64,000 nt of DNA from NCBI RefSeq assembly GCF_009914755.1, contig NC_060930.1. One strand, written 5' to 3'. Below are positions 1-13,718 of this stretch, one piece after another. The position numbers and the translations under genes are program-made. This DNA is from the human T2T-CHM13v2.0 reference genome, Homo sapiens. The first letter of the stretch is position 1, and each line of letters opens with the position of its first letter. The notes beneath the pieces are model-generated. The model was given only the letters and a program-made list of their open reading frames with translations, was not told where the DNA came from and made no database searches.

Positions 1-2246
1 AAACCCAGGAAAAATTCTAATTTTATAAATGATTCATTACAAGTACACAGTGAATGTTTTCAAGTTGTAAATAACATTAAATTTCTCTAGGTAGTGAAAG
101 GCCGTAAAATAAAATCTCACATGCCTCGTCAAACGGACAGGGAGAGATATCAAAGTAGAGTTAGCTGGAAGCAAAACTAAGATAACTTATGTATAGAAAA
201 AGTCATCCAAACTCACATTATACAGTTATGAGTTCTCAAGTACACTTGTGATTCCAAAAACACCTCAGCAACTATTCCCAGAACACGCTGACCCTTCACA
301 CAGCCAATGGGGTGAGACCAAATATGCTGGACATCCCCAAGTAACATTTAGAAATAAAGTTGAGCAAGTTCTAATTGTGGAGCAACAGAAATAATCCTCC
401 AACAAACGGCCATTTGACTTGCCAAAGAGTCCCAAAGTTTTCAAATCCACTTTATTAGAGTTAACTTGATTTATTATAGGTTATTCCACTTATGCACTAT
501 TGGACACTTGTGCGCTATTCAGGGACAGTAACTCTCCATCCAACTGAATGAAGAAAACAAAGACAGAGTTCACCGTGCCCCCCTCCTGCTTCCTCCAGTC
601 CCTCTTTTCTAAAACTCACAGGCTTCCTCGCATACCCTGTTCCTCCCCTTGGAGCACAGCTGTGATCTTCACCTCTTGTCCCTGTCACTCAGCTCCTGTC
701 TTCTCCCAGAGTGTGAGATTCAGAGAATTCAAAGAGATAATCCAGGGCATGAAAATTCTCATTCCTGGTCTTTGGCATAAAAGTCAAGGAACAGGTTCCA
801 GGGCATTCGGGTACCATTTCTGAACTAGGTGGTTCCATCACAAGAAACAGGTGCAAACGTACCAGCAGCCAGGTGGCTAGGGCCACCACTAGCTCATCCA
901 TGGTCTTGGTATACATTAGAAAAAGGGGCACCTTCTGCCAGGAAGTGTTTCTAGTTTGGGGTACCCCCAAGTAAAGCCAGGTTCAAGGACTTGGGGGTGG
1001 GTTGTACACTGGGCTGGGGTGCCAGGAAGCCAGGGTGATGGGGAAAGCCAGTAAGAGATGCATCAGGGAGCTGATTACCAGCACAGGGAGCTAGGGCTCC
1101 ATCCCTCAGCAACCCCTGGGGAACCGCAGCGTGTGCCTCAGAATTGTCCTTCTCAGGGTCAGGAGGCTTCAGGAGTTCACATCCCTGCACTTCCCAGTTG
1201 CCCTTCACGGGCTTCTCTGAAGCAGGAAAGCATGCAGAGGGGCAGCCCCTTGACATGGAGTAATGTCAGAGGCCCTGCTGATGCCCACTCCAGCAGCCGG
1301 GATTCCACCAGGGGCTGAGAGGATGTGGCCCCGACCCCTAAAAGCATATGCTGCTGGGATTCAGCCCAGTCCTTGGCTACAGGCCCTGACCCAGTAGGGC
1401 ACAGCTGGATTTCTGATCCCACTTAACCCTGAGCCAGGCACATTCTGTGCAACTGTATGGGGAGAACTGGAAGAACCCCCTCTGAAATGGAGCAGCCAAG
1501 CCTGCAGCACTGAGAGTCCCGGGAGGACCCCTCCAGGGGAGACACAGAGGACTCAGAGGCTCAGAGGATAAGAGTTGAATGGCCCGGGAGCTTGAGGAGA
1601 TGCCAAATTAGGACACACTGAAAAATAATACTAAAAAGTTACAATTAGGCCTGGCTTAGCTTGGAGCTTACCTACCCACACTGCCTGGAATCCATGGAAA
1701 CCTGAAGAAACCTCCAGCCTTTAAGGCCCACTGGGATCTAGCTACCATGACATTCGCCCTGAAGGCAGTGGACATTCTTATCAGTCCCTACTCCAAGGCA
1801 AGTTTGTTATTACCTTAAATGAGAGCCCTAACTTACCAGCTCCAAGTCTTAAGGGAACAGTAAGGACTACATCCTCGAGGGTCAGAAACTGAAGAAAGCA
1901 AAGCTTCAGATCAGAGGGGATGGGATGAGAAGCAGTGCCTGGGCCTTCCCCATCTTCCAGATCTGGTTCTCTCGGGAAATACCCAGAGGTAAGGAGAGGA
2001 ATAAAGACTGTATCCAGAGCTCACTAGAACGAAGCCATGCACTCCCTCCCTCCTCCTCCTCCGGAGACGATGCTCTTGGTTGGTCTGGAACATCCTTCCC
2101 ACCTTCCTCTTCGTCCTCTGGCCCCTCACCTTGGTCCTCCATTCACCAGATGTCATCACAGACTCTGAGCTTCCTCCCACTTTGCTCTTGGCCTCACCTG
2201 GAGGGGAGAGTGAGGGCTGCATCCTCCCAGGTTGACACTGCCTCCC

Positions 2247-3070
2247 TGCATGCAGGTATCCCTTCCAGATACTGATTTCATCTCCTTTGGATATATAAAT
2301 ACCTAGAAGTGGGATTGCTGAATCATATGGAAGTTCTATTTTTAATTTTTTGAGGAATCTCCACACTGTTTTCCACAGTGTCTGTACTAATTTACATTCC
2401 CACCGACAGTGGGAATTTCTCACAGAATTAGTCACAGTAGCCAAGATGTAAAAACAACAGCGACAGATGAATGGATAAAGACAATTTGGTCTATACACAC
2501 AATGGAATATGATTCAGCCTTAAAAAAGAAAGAAATTCTGCCATTTGCAACAACGTGGACAAACCTGGAGGACCTTATGCTAAATGAAATAAGGCAGACA
2601 AACATTGCGTGATCTCACTTACAGGTGGAATCCAAAAATAAAAGTCAAACTCATAGTAAGAGTAGATGAGTGGTTGGCAGGGTCTAGGGAGCATGGGAAA
2701 GGAAGAGATGGTGGTCAAAGGGTGCAAACTTGCAGTTAGAGGATGAGTAAGTTCTGGAGACCTAACGTACAGCACAGTGACTACTGTTGATCACAGTGTA
2801 TTGTGCGTTGCTAACGGAGTAGCTCTCCAGTGTTCTCACTACACACAAACACACACGCACGCACACAAGCATGCATACACACAAAAACGCACATACATTC
2901 ACACACAAATGCATGCATGCACACGAACACACACGTGCAGGCACACATGTGCACACAAACACACACACACGAAAGGTGACTATGTGAGGATATGCTAACC
3001 ACGTTATACAACTTAAATATATACAATTTTTATTTGTCAATCATTTCTCAATATAACTGGGGCAAAAAAG
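2247..3070 (+). mobile_element. Old L1MA-class LINE-1 3' end with 5' inversion (2250-2410 antisense, ~2418-3070 sense)
   Basis: ORF2 C-terminal remnants occur on both strands ([27 protein letters not shown] on -; DEWIKTIWSIHTMEYDSALKK on +). An L1MA-type 3'UTR follows. ACACTGCCTCCC flanks the element at 2235-2246 and 3072-3083. Confidence 0.88.
2840..2970. repeat. Degenerate (CA)n/(CACG/CATG) microsatellite inside the L1MA 3'UTR
   Basis: Visible purine-pyrimidine alternation. Confidence 0.9.
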
Positions 3071-3426
3071 AACACTGCCTCCCCTCTACCCTGCCCTACT
3101 GGGCCCAGCAGGTGGGAAAGGGACTCAAAATGCTAGGTAAATGAATGAATGATTTTTTAAACAAAAATATTTGTTCTGGATATGCCAATTGGCCTAGGCA
3201 TCATAATTATAACTCTTGAGCATTTTTATACTGTTAAGCACCCTAAAAATGCTTCAGCATTAATGTACATTTTATAATAAATTTGGGAAATCGGCAGGAA
3301 TTCCAGCAAGATCCTAGCAAGGGCTAGGAAATGGGGAGAGGGTTGCCTAAAAGAGTTCATGCAGTCAGCAGGCTGCATCTGCGCTGGTTATTGAGAACAA
3401 AAAGAGGCAGACCAAGACACAGGACC

Positions 3427-3708
3427 AGCCGGGTGCAGTGGTTCAGGCCTGTAATCCTAGCACTTTGGGAGGCCAAGGTGGGTGAATCATTTGAGCTCAG
3501 GAGTTGGAGACCAGCCTGGACAACATGGTGAAACTCCATCTCTACAAAAAACTAGGCGTGTATGGTGGCACGCACTTGTAGTCTCAGCTACTCAGGAGGC
3601 TGAGGTGGGAAGATGGGAGGATCACCTGAACCTGGAAGATGGAGGTTGCAATGAACCGAGATTGCACAACCTGGGTGACAGAGCCAGACCCTGTTTCAAA
3701 AAAAAAAA
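3427..3708 (+). mobile_element. AluJ-type SINE
   Basis: Diverged Alu dimer with A tail. TSD AAGACACAGG at 3414-3423 and 3711-3720. Confidence 0.93.
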
Positions 3709-4483
3709 GGAAGACACAGGCCCTCGTATCAAGTTGATGTCACCCAAAACCCTTGGGACCTTTTATTTCCACAATTTAAAAACCAATTTTCTTTTCAAAA
3801 AGACACTCAATGACAATCACCCAAAGATCTGGGTCAAAAAAAAAAGCTGATATTCAGAAATGACTTCAAGTGTTCAGAACCAGGGAGGTGAATTTCTTTA
3901 ATCCACTGCACATTAAAAACTGATAAAGATTGCACATGAAAGGAACGGAAGAAATGGGTGCAAATATACTGGGGCTCTTTTTATAGTCCTGGAGTGTGAG
4001 AATGTTAATTAAAGGAATCTCAGAATTGGAGAGGATCTGAGAAAGGATGGAGTGAAAATTTAATTTTAGGTGTTGTTTTATCAGGTTAAAAAAAAAGACA
4101 ATTTCATGAGTTACTTGCAGTTACCTCAAGAACTTCATGAGCCCCCAAAAAAGCTCCAATTGAAACTGTAAACTGTAAGAGACCAATTTAATGAAAACCT
4201 CTCAGCCCAGTGAAGGACCTCTTAATGGTGAAGAACACAAATGAGCAAACCCCGGGAGCATTAAATAAGCATAACAAAATGTTAGGTATCATTAGAGTGT
4301 TGTTCTTCAAAGAGTCATACTCATCCATTTTTTAAAACGAAAGTTTAAAAAAAAGGCACAGACAGAACTTAGAAGTTACATACACTGGCTCAAGCAAGAA
4401 GCTCCAAAACCTAGTCTCATTGCGTATTTCAGCATCCACCAAGTGAATGTCCATTCTGTTACTGTTTTTCACACCTGGGTAAA

Positions 4484-4710
4484 TAATAATATAGTTAATA
4501 ACTAATTGCCATTTCTACCCTTCCTGGGGACCACATTCTGCTCAGCGGCTTTACACACAAGTTCTCCAGTCCTCTCAGTGCTCTATGGGGAGGCATTGCT
4601 ATTTCGATTTGCAAGCACAAAAGCTGAGTTGCAGGATGGCTGAGCAAATTGCCCAACATCACTTAGCTAGTGAGTCGGAGAGCTGGGTCTCAAACCCAAG
4701 TCTGTCTCCT
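4484..4710 (-). mobile_element. MIR SINE
   Basis: Antisense MIR core (ttgcccaacatcacttagctagtgagtcggagagctggg...aaacccaagtctg). Confidence 0.75.
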
Positions 4711-4755
4711 TCCTAGGTCAAGGAAGGAAGGAAGGAGGCTGTGCCACCCTACAGC

Positions 4756-4807
4756 AATTTGTAGAATTTGTAGAATATACCTGCACAATTTGTAGAATAT
4801 ACCTGCA
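4756..4807. repeat. 22-bp-period tandem duplication plus a 9-bp partial copy
   Basis: AATTTGTAGAATATACCTGCA at 4765-4785 and 4787-4807; AATTTGTAG at 4756-4764. Confidence 0.9.
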
Positions 4808-4964
4808 TAAAGCAGGTATAAACATGCCCAAGGGAACCCAGCCAGATCAGACAGGGATGGCACACCAGTCCTTGTTCTTGGATTCTGCTCCTGAGCCACA
4901 CTGTGTCCAAACCCTGATAGCCAGCAGGAGTGCTCTTGGCTTGTTCATGCCCGTAGCAGCCACA

Positions 4965-5200
4965 TCCTGAGTTGCAAGCAGAAGACACCCAATCCAGCCA
5001 ACAAAAGCAAAGGGAATTTCTTGAAAGGACATTTAGGAGTCACAGAATTGGCAAGAAAGCTGGAACACCAGGCAGAAAGTGGGCAGCTCTAGAGACTGAT
5101 GAGTTCTGCTTCTCTTGCCAGAACAGATTGGGAAGGGGTCTCTTTGTCTCTCTGCTCTGATTGTCTTGGCTTGGGTCAGAGAGTATCTACTGGGAAAAAG
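4965..5200 (-). mobile_element. Old MaLR LTR fragment (MLT1K/L-like)
   Basis: gttgcaagcagaagacacccaatccagcc...gggaatttcttgaaaggacatttaggagtcacagaa resembles the antisense MLT1K/L end. Confidence 0.5.
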
Positions 5201-5403
5201 ATAACTTCCAAAAACGAAATCATGTTCCAGTAGCTGAACCACTGCAGTGCATATCTGTTAGGGGCACCATTAGCATAGATTGCAATGCAAGGGGTGCATC
5301 CTCAGGCTGGGCAAAGCACCAGCATGACAAATGAACCCCGGGCAGGATGTCCCTCTGAACCCTCTATATGTAACCACATATTAGTTACAGTGCCTACATG
5401 TAC

Positions 5404-5505
5404 TGCTCAGACAGGTTAAGTAACTTGCCCAATTAATAGAAAAAAGAGCTCAGATTCAAGCCCAGATAGTCTGACCCCTGGACGTGTGCTCTTAGCCACG
5501 ATGCT
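5404..5505 (-). mobile_element. MIR fragment
   Basis: ggttaagtaacttgccc...gattcaagcccaga...gctcttagccac. Confidence 0.7.
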
Positions 5506-7147
5506 TCGAATACACAAAGTTTGCAGTGCTGGGGGATCACAGGGGAGGCAGTAATCACTGAGGGGCTGGGCAAGGCATCATCCTTCTTGCTGACTTCAAT
5601 ACTGATGTGGATGGCCCACCAAGCACCATGATGTCTCAGTTCTTTCACCCCCTTACTTCCAACAACCATTTCCATCTTTACACCTCAACCACCATCTCTT
5701 ATGTCAACCCTGGATATCTTACAGCCTGTAAAAATGCACCCTTTCTGAAATCTAAATGCCAAGCCCTCTGCCATGTGGCTTCCTCATATCCTGCCAGCTC
5801 ACCAATTCTAGCACCTTGACTGCAATAATAGAAACTCCATTCAACTCACTTCCCCACTGTTACAATCAACAATTCCCTCCTGCCTTCACTTTCTTCCTTA
5901 CTCGCCATAGATTCTATGGTATATTATTATAATCTTTTCCTTATGTCTAACCCAACAGCCTTCACTTTCTCTTCTTTTCATTCTTATCCAGTGAAACTCC
6001 AACCCAACCATTGACCTTCAGTAGCATCAGAGCTGCTGAATGTCTCTAAGAAAATATACATCTGGGCTAACTGGAGTATCTTTAAATTTATGGCCACAAA
6101 CCTCAAAAAAAAGCACTCAACACTGCCTAGAAATCTTACTGTATTTCTCAAGTAGATTTCTTCCCCACTGTCCATGAATATTGTATTCCTCCTTTTGCTA
6201 CTCAACACAACACAGGCACTCGCCATCTAGTGCCCCCTACCTGTCTGTGACCTTCACTGCAAAAATGAAAGTAATCAGTCAGGAGCCCCACTATTGGTTT
6301 ACTGGCCCATCTACAAACGTATCTACACCTGAACTCATTCTGCTCTGTTTTCTCTCCTACAATTGTGGGAGTAATATTCATGCTTCTCTCAAATGCAGGA
6401 GGGAGTGTTAATAGCCTTCCTTTCCACCTTCTTAAACCCTTCATGTCTTCAGTTATTCCCTCTTCTGCATCTTCAATCTCTCTTTCTACAAGATTATTCC
6501 CTTGGAACAACAAATATGGTACAGTATCTCCCATCTTGAACAAAGAAACAAGCCATTCTTAATACCACACTCTCCTTCAGTTATCTTTTTTTTTCTTTTG
6601 CTCCCTCTTATAACAAAACTCTTAATTCCTCACCTCCTTATCTCTCTTCAGTCCACCCCATTCAGGCATCTGTACTCATCTCTCCAGTGTTCTTGTCAAG
6701 GTCACCAAATGACCTCCATGTTGCCAAATCCACTGCACAGTTCTGTTCTCATCTTACTCAGACTCTCAGCAGCAGCATTCAGCATGGCTGGCAATACCCT
6801 CCTGTTTGAAAAACATTCACCTCCTGGCTTCCTTGATCCCTCAGTCTCTGACTACCATCCACTCCACTGACCGTCTCTTCTTAGTCTCCTTGGTTGGCTT
6901 CTCCTCAACCCAACCTCTGAATGTTGGAGGGCCTCAGGAGGTCCTGTCCTCTCCTCTGTTGATTAATTCTATCTCCTTTGGGTGAGGGAGGCATCTCATC
7001 CTGTCCCATGGCTTAATCACCACATGTTAATAACTCTGATATTCATAGCTCCATTCTTACCTTTTCCCTAAAATTCCAGACTTGTATAGCCAACTGCTTC
7101 CAAGGATTCTTATTAACCATCTCCCAGAAATAGAGCTCTTCAATCAT

Positions 7148-7148
<1 letters not shown>

Positions 7149-7184
<36 letters not shown>
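7149..7184. repeat. (CA)n microsatellite
   Basis: About 16-18 CA units. Confidence 0.95.
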
Positions 7185-7186
<2 letters not shown>

Positions 7187-7809
7187 CCTCATCAGGCTTC
7201 CCTAATCTCAATAAATGGCACCCCCATCTATCCAGATGCTCAAACCAAAATCTTCCTGGCCCCCACTCTCTATAGCCACTCATCAGTGGGTGCTATCACC
7301 CAACACAGCTGTGATCTCATTCATGTTCTCTACCTCCACCACCACCACCCTTCACCAATCCATCATTTACCTTGGCCACAGAAGAGCCTTCACACTTGGC
7401 CTCTCCTCTGCATTCTCTACACAGCAGAATGTCTCTGCAAAACATAAATTAGCTATTTTGACATGACTTTTAACACATTTCCACTGCCTCTGGAATGAAA
7501 TCTGAACTCCCTACCATTTCCTGCAGGTCCTGAAATATCTGTCACCCCTCAATCTTTCCAAGCTCTTCTCAACACAGTTCCTCTTGTTCACTGTGCTTCA
7601 GCAGACTCATCTCCCTCTATCCTCCTAATTTCCTAAACTCTTTTCCACATCAAGGCCTCTGTCCTTATTTTGTTATTCTGAGATGATCTTCCCCCAGCTA
7701 TTTAAATGCTTGGCCCATTCTGCTCCTTCAGGACTTGGCTCAAATGCTACCTCCTCACAGACGCCTCCATGACCTGCCACCCTGTGGAACATGGTGCCTC
7801 CCAGTTCCT

Positions 7810-8030
7810 GGCATTAGCAAGTATTCATGGAGTGCTTCCCAGGCATTGTTATTAGTGCTGTTTATTGATTACCTCTTTTAATTCCCCACCACCCTAGGAA
7901 GTAGTTACTGTTATTGTCATTATCTTACCCATCTTGGAAAAAAGAAAAAAACAAGGAAACTGAGCCCAAAGAGATAACAACTGTCCACAGTCAACTAATC
8001 TTGGGACTTAACCCTGAGTAACCTGGATCC
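7810..8030 (-). mobile_element. MIR SINE nested in L2
   Basis: aggaaactgagcccaaagagataac...gggacttaaccctgag matches antisense MIR. Confidence 0.65.
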
Positions 8031-8160
8031 AGCCTGGCCCCTCCCCCACCACACCCTCCTGCCTCTCTCATATTACTTGGTGTCTCTTTCCAGCACTTGT
8101 TACAATCTGGATATCGTCTTGTTTAGTTATTTCTGAATCATCATTCTCCTCAGTAGAATA

Positions 8161-8524
8161 TGCATTAGTTCATTTTCATACCACTATGAAGAAACACCCA
8201 AGACTGGGTAATTTATAAAGAAAAAGAGGTTTAACAGACTCACAGTTCCAGAGGGCTGGGGAGGCCTCACAATCATAGTGGAAGACAAAGGAGGAGCAAA
8301 GGCACATCTTATACGGTGGCAGGCAAGAGGGCGTGTGCAGGGGAACTGCCCTTTATAAAACCATCAGATCTCATGCGACTTATTCACTATCGTGAGAACA
8401 TCACAGGTAAAATCCACCCCCATGATTCAGTTACCTCCCACTGGGTCCCTCCCATGACATGCAGGAATTATGGAAACTACAATTCAAGATGAGATTTGAG
8501 TGGGGACATAGCCAGACCTTAACA
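8161..8524 (-). mobile_element. THE1B/C solo LTR (ERVL-MaLR)
   Basis: TG...CA termini and a typical THE1 body (agactgggtaatttataaagaaaaagaggtttaa; caattcaagatgagatttgagtggggaca). 5-bp TSD GAATA/GAATG. Confidence 0.93.
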
Positions 8525-8796
8525 GAATGTAAGCAATGTGTGGACAGAGACTTCTTTTTTTCATCCAAGGATCCCCAGGGCCTGCCACATGGAAGGTGCC
8601 CGACCAATATTTGTGGCATGAATGAATAAGTGAATGAATGGTAGGTGTAGATCAGGAAATGAAAACATTTCTAGCAATAGCTGCTCTTATTTTGGTGCCA
8701 ATAATTGTCACACATCTGTGTAACCACAAATCATGTGAATGAATCATTTTTTTAAATGATTGAATAACATCATCTATGCTTTATATATTTTTTCAG

Positions 8797-8849
8797 AGCA
8801 GATTTACTATGCTGGGCCTGTCAATAATCCTGAATTTACTATTCCTCAG
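8797..8849 (+). CDS. LY86: LY86 (MD-1) penultimate coding exon (exon 4), 53 nt
   Basis: Acceptor ...ttttttcag|AG at 8796/8797 and donor CAG|gtaaga at 8849/8850. Reads (g)AG CAG ATT TAC TAT GCT GGG CCT GTC AAT AAT CCT GAA TTT ACT ATT CCT CAG = EQIYYAGPVNNPEFTIPQ, matching my recall of human MD-1. Its phase-0 end joins the next exon in frame. Confidence 0.97.
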
Positions 8850-8891
8850 GTAAGATATTACTTACTTCTTGTATTAAATAGTTTGTTTCTT

Positions 8892-8959
8892 GAAGAAGAA
8901 GAAGAAGGCTAGAAGGAGGAGGGAAAGGAGGAGAAACCAAGAAAGAAGAGAAGGAAAGA
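8892..8959. repeat. Purine-rich (GAA/GGA) low-complexity tract just downstream of LY86 exon 4
   Basis: gaagaagaagaagaagg...ggaggagggaaaggaggag. Confidence 0.8.
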
Positions 8960-9453
8960 ATTAAACAGTTTAAAACTTATCCATAGGCCATCCCTGCAAA
9001 AACCCTTTCTTAATAAAACTGCTGCTTCAGAGTGGGCACTTGAAATTTCTTGACACACTGGCTTTGTCATTTTGGCATTTAATATTTTACATGTCAGTGA
9101 ACCTTAGGGAATCCTCCGAGTACAAACCTCCCACTGAGAGGGATGCCGGCGTCTTGTCCAGCAGGATTACGGCATTTGTGGGGTTCCATATGGCAGTGCT
9201 GCTGGGCTGTGTGGGCGGCACCATGCATGTGCTGGGACCGAGCTCAGGAGGCTGGCGGTTCAGAGAAAGGAAGATGCACAAGCCATGAAGGCATGAAGGT
9301 CCTCCAGTTACTGTCCTTTCATTGTTACTCATAAGCTGCCACTAAGTCAATAAAATGCCCACATCCTTAGCATTTGCTGGCAAAGCTCACAGCTAAGAGT
9401 AGAATTTTCCACTAATTCCTTTCTGTTCAAGATAATGTGACATTATTAAATGA

Positions 9454-9834
<381 letters not shown>

Positions 9835-9838
9835 TGAT

Positions 9839-10367
9839 TTTTTAAAATGCATGCTGATGTATTCAGTACATGTGAGATTTGGTTATGTGTATGTAATATG
9901 TAGTGATCAAGTCAGGGTATTTAGGATGTCCATCACTGAATACATTTTTCTTAACTATAGTCACCCTACTCTGCTATCAAACACTGAATTTATGTCTTCT
10001 ATTAACTGTGTGTTTGTACCCTTCAACCCACTTCTCTTTATACTCTCCCTCTCATCCTCTCCCTCCCCACTCTGGTATCTATCTTTCCACTCTCTATCTC
10101 CATGTGATCATGTTTTTTAGCTCCCACAGATAATTGAGAATAAACAATATTTGTATTTGTGCCTGGCTTATTTCACTTAAGATAATGACCCCCAGTTCCA
10201 TCCATGTTGCCACAAATGACAAGATTTTATTCTTTTTTATGGCCATATAGTATTCCATTGTGTATATATACCACATCTTCTTTATCCATTCATCCATACA
10301 TAGACACTTAGGTTGATTCCATGTCTTTGCTGTAGTGAATAGTGCTGCAATAAGCATGGGGGTGCAA
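9839..10367 (-). mobile_element. L1MA-class 3' fragment
   Basis: The minus-strand ORF MLIAALFTTAKTWNQPKC..DEWIKKMWYIYTMEYY is the L1 ORF2 C-terminus. TSD ACAAAAATGT(G/A)AT at 9826-9838 and 10370-10382. Confidence 0.92.
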
Positions 10368-10879
10368 TTACAAAAATGTAATCACTTTAAATAGTTTTGT
10401 TTACAACCTCATCCTTTCAGTTCTCCAAAACCTGTATTTGGCTGAAGAAAAAGGTCTCTTTCTCCATAAAGAATCTCTAACTTAGTTTCACCTCTGGGTT
10501 TGTTTCCTTTCTTTCCCAGCCTCTGTGTTCCTATGTCAGAGTGCCATCTTGCTACCATCTCAGATTCCCACTATCATTGCTCTTGCAGCTGGGAAGTCTC
10601 CAGCCCTCTCCCTCTGGAAATCTCTAGTTTCCTCCTCAGGCCTTTCAGTAAAATACAAAAGTTTTGCAAGAAAGAAAAACTACACCTGTCTTCACTTCTA
10701 GTATGAGGGCCCTAAACTCTCCCAGAGAGTTCCATTTTTCTTTAAATCTTTGCTATTTGAATTGTTTTTCTTTCCCCATTGTTCTTCTGACCCTCCTCCC
10801 AACTAGAGGCTGACTTAAAATTTACTAACAATTGACTTTCACTTTTGCATTGTTGGCTTCTTTTTAAACCAGTTACTCA

Positions 10880-11300
<421 letters not shown>

Positions 11301-12894
11301 CTACAGTGCATGAAGGAAGTGCAGAACGTAAGTTCTTCAACCGCTGATGGTACTCAAGCAAATATTGCCCAGTGTGAGGGCATCGCATGTACAGCAGAGA
11401 GAGCTGGAGGCCTTAATCCCAAAATGGGCTCCCTACACCGGCTGCAGGTCAGCCGTGGCTGGCCCGCAATGCACGGAGGCTTTGCTTTCTTAATATGGAA
11501 CAGACACAGTTCAAAGACTTTTGGTTGTAAAAGACGTACCCCATATCCCCTCCTCCAGCTAAATCCTCCAGAGATGGGCTCTGGGCTAATGGCAGTTCCC
11601 ATGTGGCCAAAAACGCTCCCACTCAGCGATCATTCTCCAGGGTCTTGGTATTATTTCCCTCTGAACTCATCCAACCCCTTGGCCCGGATTGAAGCCCTAC
11701 CTGCTGTCCTCTGTCTATGCCTCCTGCTTTCTGAATGAAAATTTAGGGGATCCTTTGGGCTCCCGAAGCATGTGGACAACAACTTGTAGGCACAGCCTGA
11801 CCCATGTATTGCCAAAGGTGCACCTACAAATTCCTAACTTACAAACTCTGTGCCCTCCTCAACAGCAGAAACGCTGCACTCAGTCCTTCCCTACCCTGGC
11901 CTCCTGGCCTCCCAGCACACACCTCCATCTGCCTCCAGCCTGGCACGCTTGCCTAAATATTCTTATCTCTTATACCAGAGTCTGTGATATCTGTAATTCA
12001 TAATCTAGAACCCCTTCCTTCAAATACAACAGCTCCTCTTAGGTTCATAATGTAGTAATGAAAAATTCTTGTGTTGTTCAGTACATTTGTAGGTGTGTGT
12101 CTAAATGCACATAGAGATTTTAAAGAAAAGTACATGAGGAGGAAGAGAACGATGAAACACAACGAGATATAAATTTGAGCCGGTCTTTACTCATAATTAA
12201 TTCTCTAACATTTGGACTGCTTTGGTTATATTCCTAACACTATTTCTAAAATTACAGCTGCTCAATATTTGAGGAGTGTGACTCATGGGAGCGTCTAGAA
12301 TCATGGAATCACACCCAAGGCACCATCCAGAGCACAGCCTGGTTCTCTTGAATACAATTTCAGTGTTGGGGACTCCACTCTCTTTGGAAGCTCTGCTCAT
12401 TGCTAGAAAGTTGCTCCCTTCTAACAAAAGCCACCTTTCATGCAGCTTCTCTCCGGTGGTCTCACCTACTCCTTCCCTCTTGCTTTATACAGATTAAACT
12501 CTTTCCTCCTTTGGGTGACAGGCAGTTCAAAGATGTGCCAGCAGTCTCCTGGCCTCCTCTGCCACAGTCCCTCTGCTCCGCTTGCGACCCTCCAACCACC
12601 CCAGAGCATTTTCCTCTCCAGATTCGTGTCTACAAACACATCACCGCTCCGTGGCTGCTGGGGTGCAGGACTGGGGTGCTGGCAGCAAACAAAACCAGAA
12701 TGGCTCTTCTACAGTCCTCATAGGACCTGGCTGCCAGGTGGCTTCTGCCAAGCTGACTGCAAAGGAAGGGAGACCTCCTTACAGTGTTGCTGCCAGCAAG
12801 GATCCCCAAAGGCAGCCATTCTTTCTGTGATGGTGCATTTTGGTTTTGTGCTGGTGAACTGTGCTCCCCGGGGTCTTCTCTGTCTGAGCATACA

Positions 12895-13672
12895 AACCTT
12901 TCTCCTTCCAGTTGCTCAGGCCAGGAGCCTTGGAGTCACCTTTAACCCATTTCTTTCTCTCCCACCCACTTGCGTTTCCTCAGCGGATCCTATTGGCTGT
13001 TCTTTCAAAATCTCTCTGGCACCCAAAGCCTTCCCCCACCTCCACCTCTACTCCAAGTCATCTTCATCTCTCACCTGGATTCCTGCAATCGCCTCCCATC
13101 TGGGCTTTTCAGTGAGGCAGCCAGAGGGATCTTACCGACACAGGCGCCAGGGCAGGCCACCCTCTCCTGACCAGAGTCCCTTTCAGAGTGGAAGCTGATG
13201 TCCCCACCATGGCCTTTGAGGCCCTAAGAGTCTGGCCTCCTGTGTTGCCCTTACCTCACCCCCCCCATCCCCCCACTCCCTGCAGCCCCACTGGCCTCCT
13301 TCTGCCCCTCTAAGGTGGGGGCCCCAGCCCATAGCAGCACTGCACCTTCTTGCATCTGCTTCAGGTCTTTGCCTAAATGTCGTCGTCTCAGCAGGGCCTC
13401 CTTTCACCACCCTGCTCAAAATTGCAGACCAGCACTTGCCTTGACCCATCCAGTGCTTCCATCCACTCCCTTCCTGCATGAGTTTTCTCCATGACATGAG
13501 CACCTGACACACCATACATAGTCACATATCATAAGGGTGGTCTGTCTCTCCCAGAGATGCTGTCAGCTCCACAGGGCAGGGGTTGGCTTGTCTTGTTCTA
13601 CGTTATCCACAATGTCCAGAACAGCACCCAGCACATAAAAGTTTCTCTGTAAATATTTGTTAAATGGTTAAT
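12895..13672 (+). mobile_element. L2 3' region
   Basis: ccagttgctcaggccaggagccttggagtcacc...ctcacctggattcctgcaat..., ending ccagaacagcacccagcacata...aaatatttgttaaatg (L2 tail). Confidence 0.8.
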
Positions 13673-13691
13673 TGTACTGTGGGTCACACGT

Positions 13692-13718
13692 CTAATACTT
13701 GACCTGTGCCCCTTGCAG
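13692..13718 (+). promoter_or_regulatory. Branch point (CTAAT) and 3' splice site of the last LY86 intron
   Basis: CTAAT (yUnAy) sits ~24 nt upstream of the AG at 13717-13718. Confidence 0.7.

Larger units (their letters stand above)
5570..8640 (+). mobile_element. Long degraded L2 LINE, interrupted by a MIR and a THE1 LTR
   Basis: Pyrimidine-rich L2 ORF2-like sequence (endonuclease-like ...gacttcaat... near 5590; RT-region aaggtcacc-aatgacctccatgttgccaaatcc near 6700). It ends in the L2 tail ...aatatttgtggcatgaatgaataagtgaatgaatg at 8606-8640. Confidence 0.78.

Noticed and set aside
12440-13198. 252-aa + strand ORF in LY86 intron 4
   Set aside because: It overlaps decayed L2 sequence, has no recognisable domain and fits no splice frame; a chance ORF.
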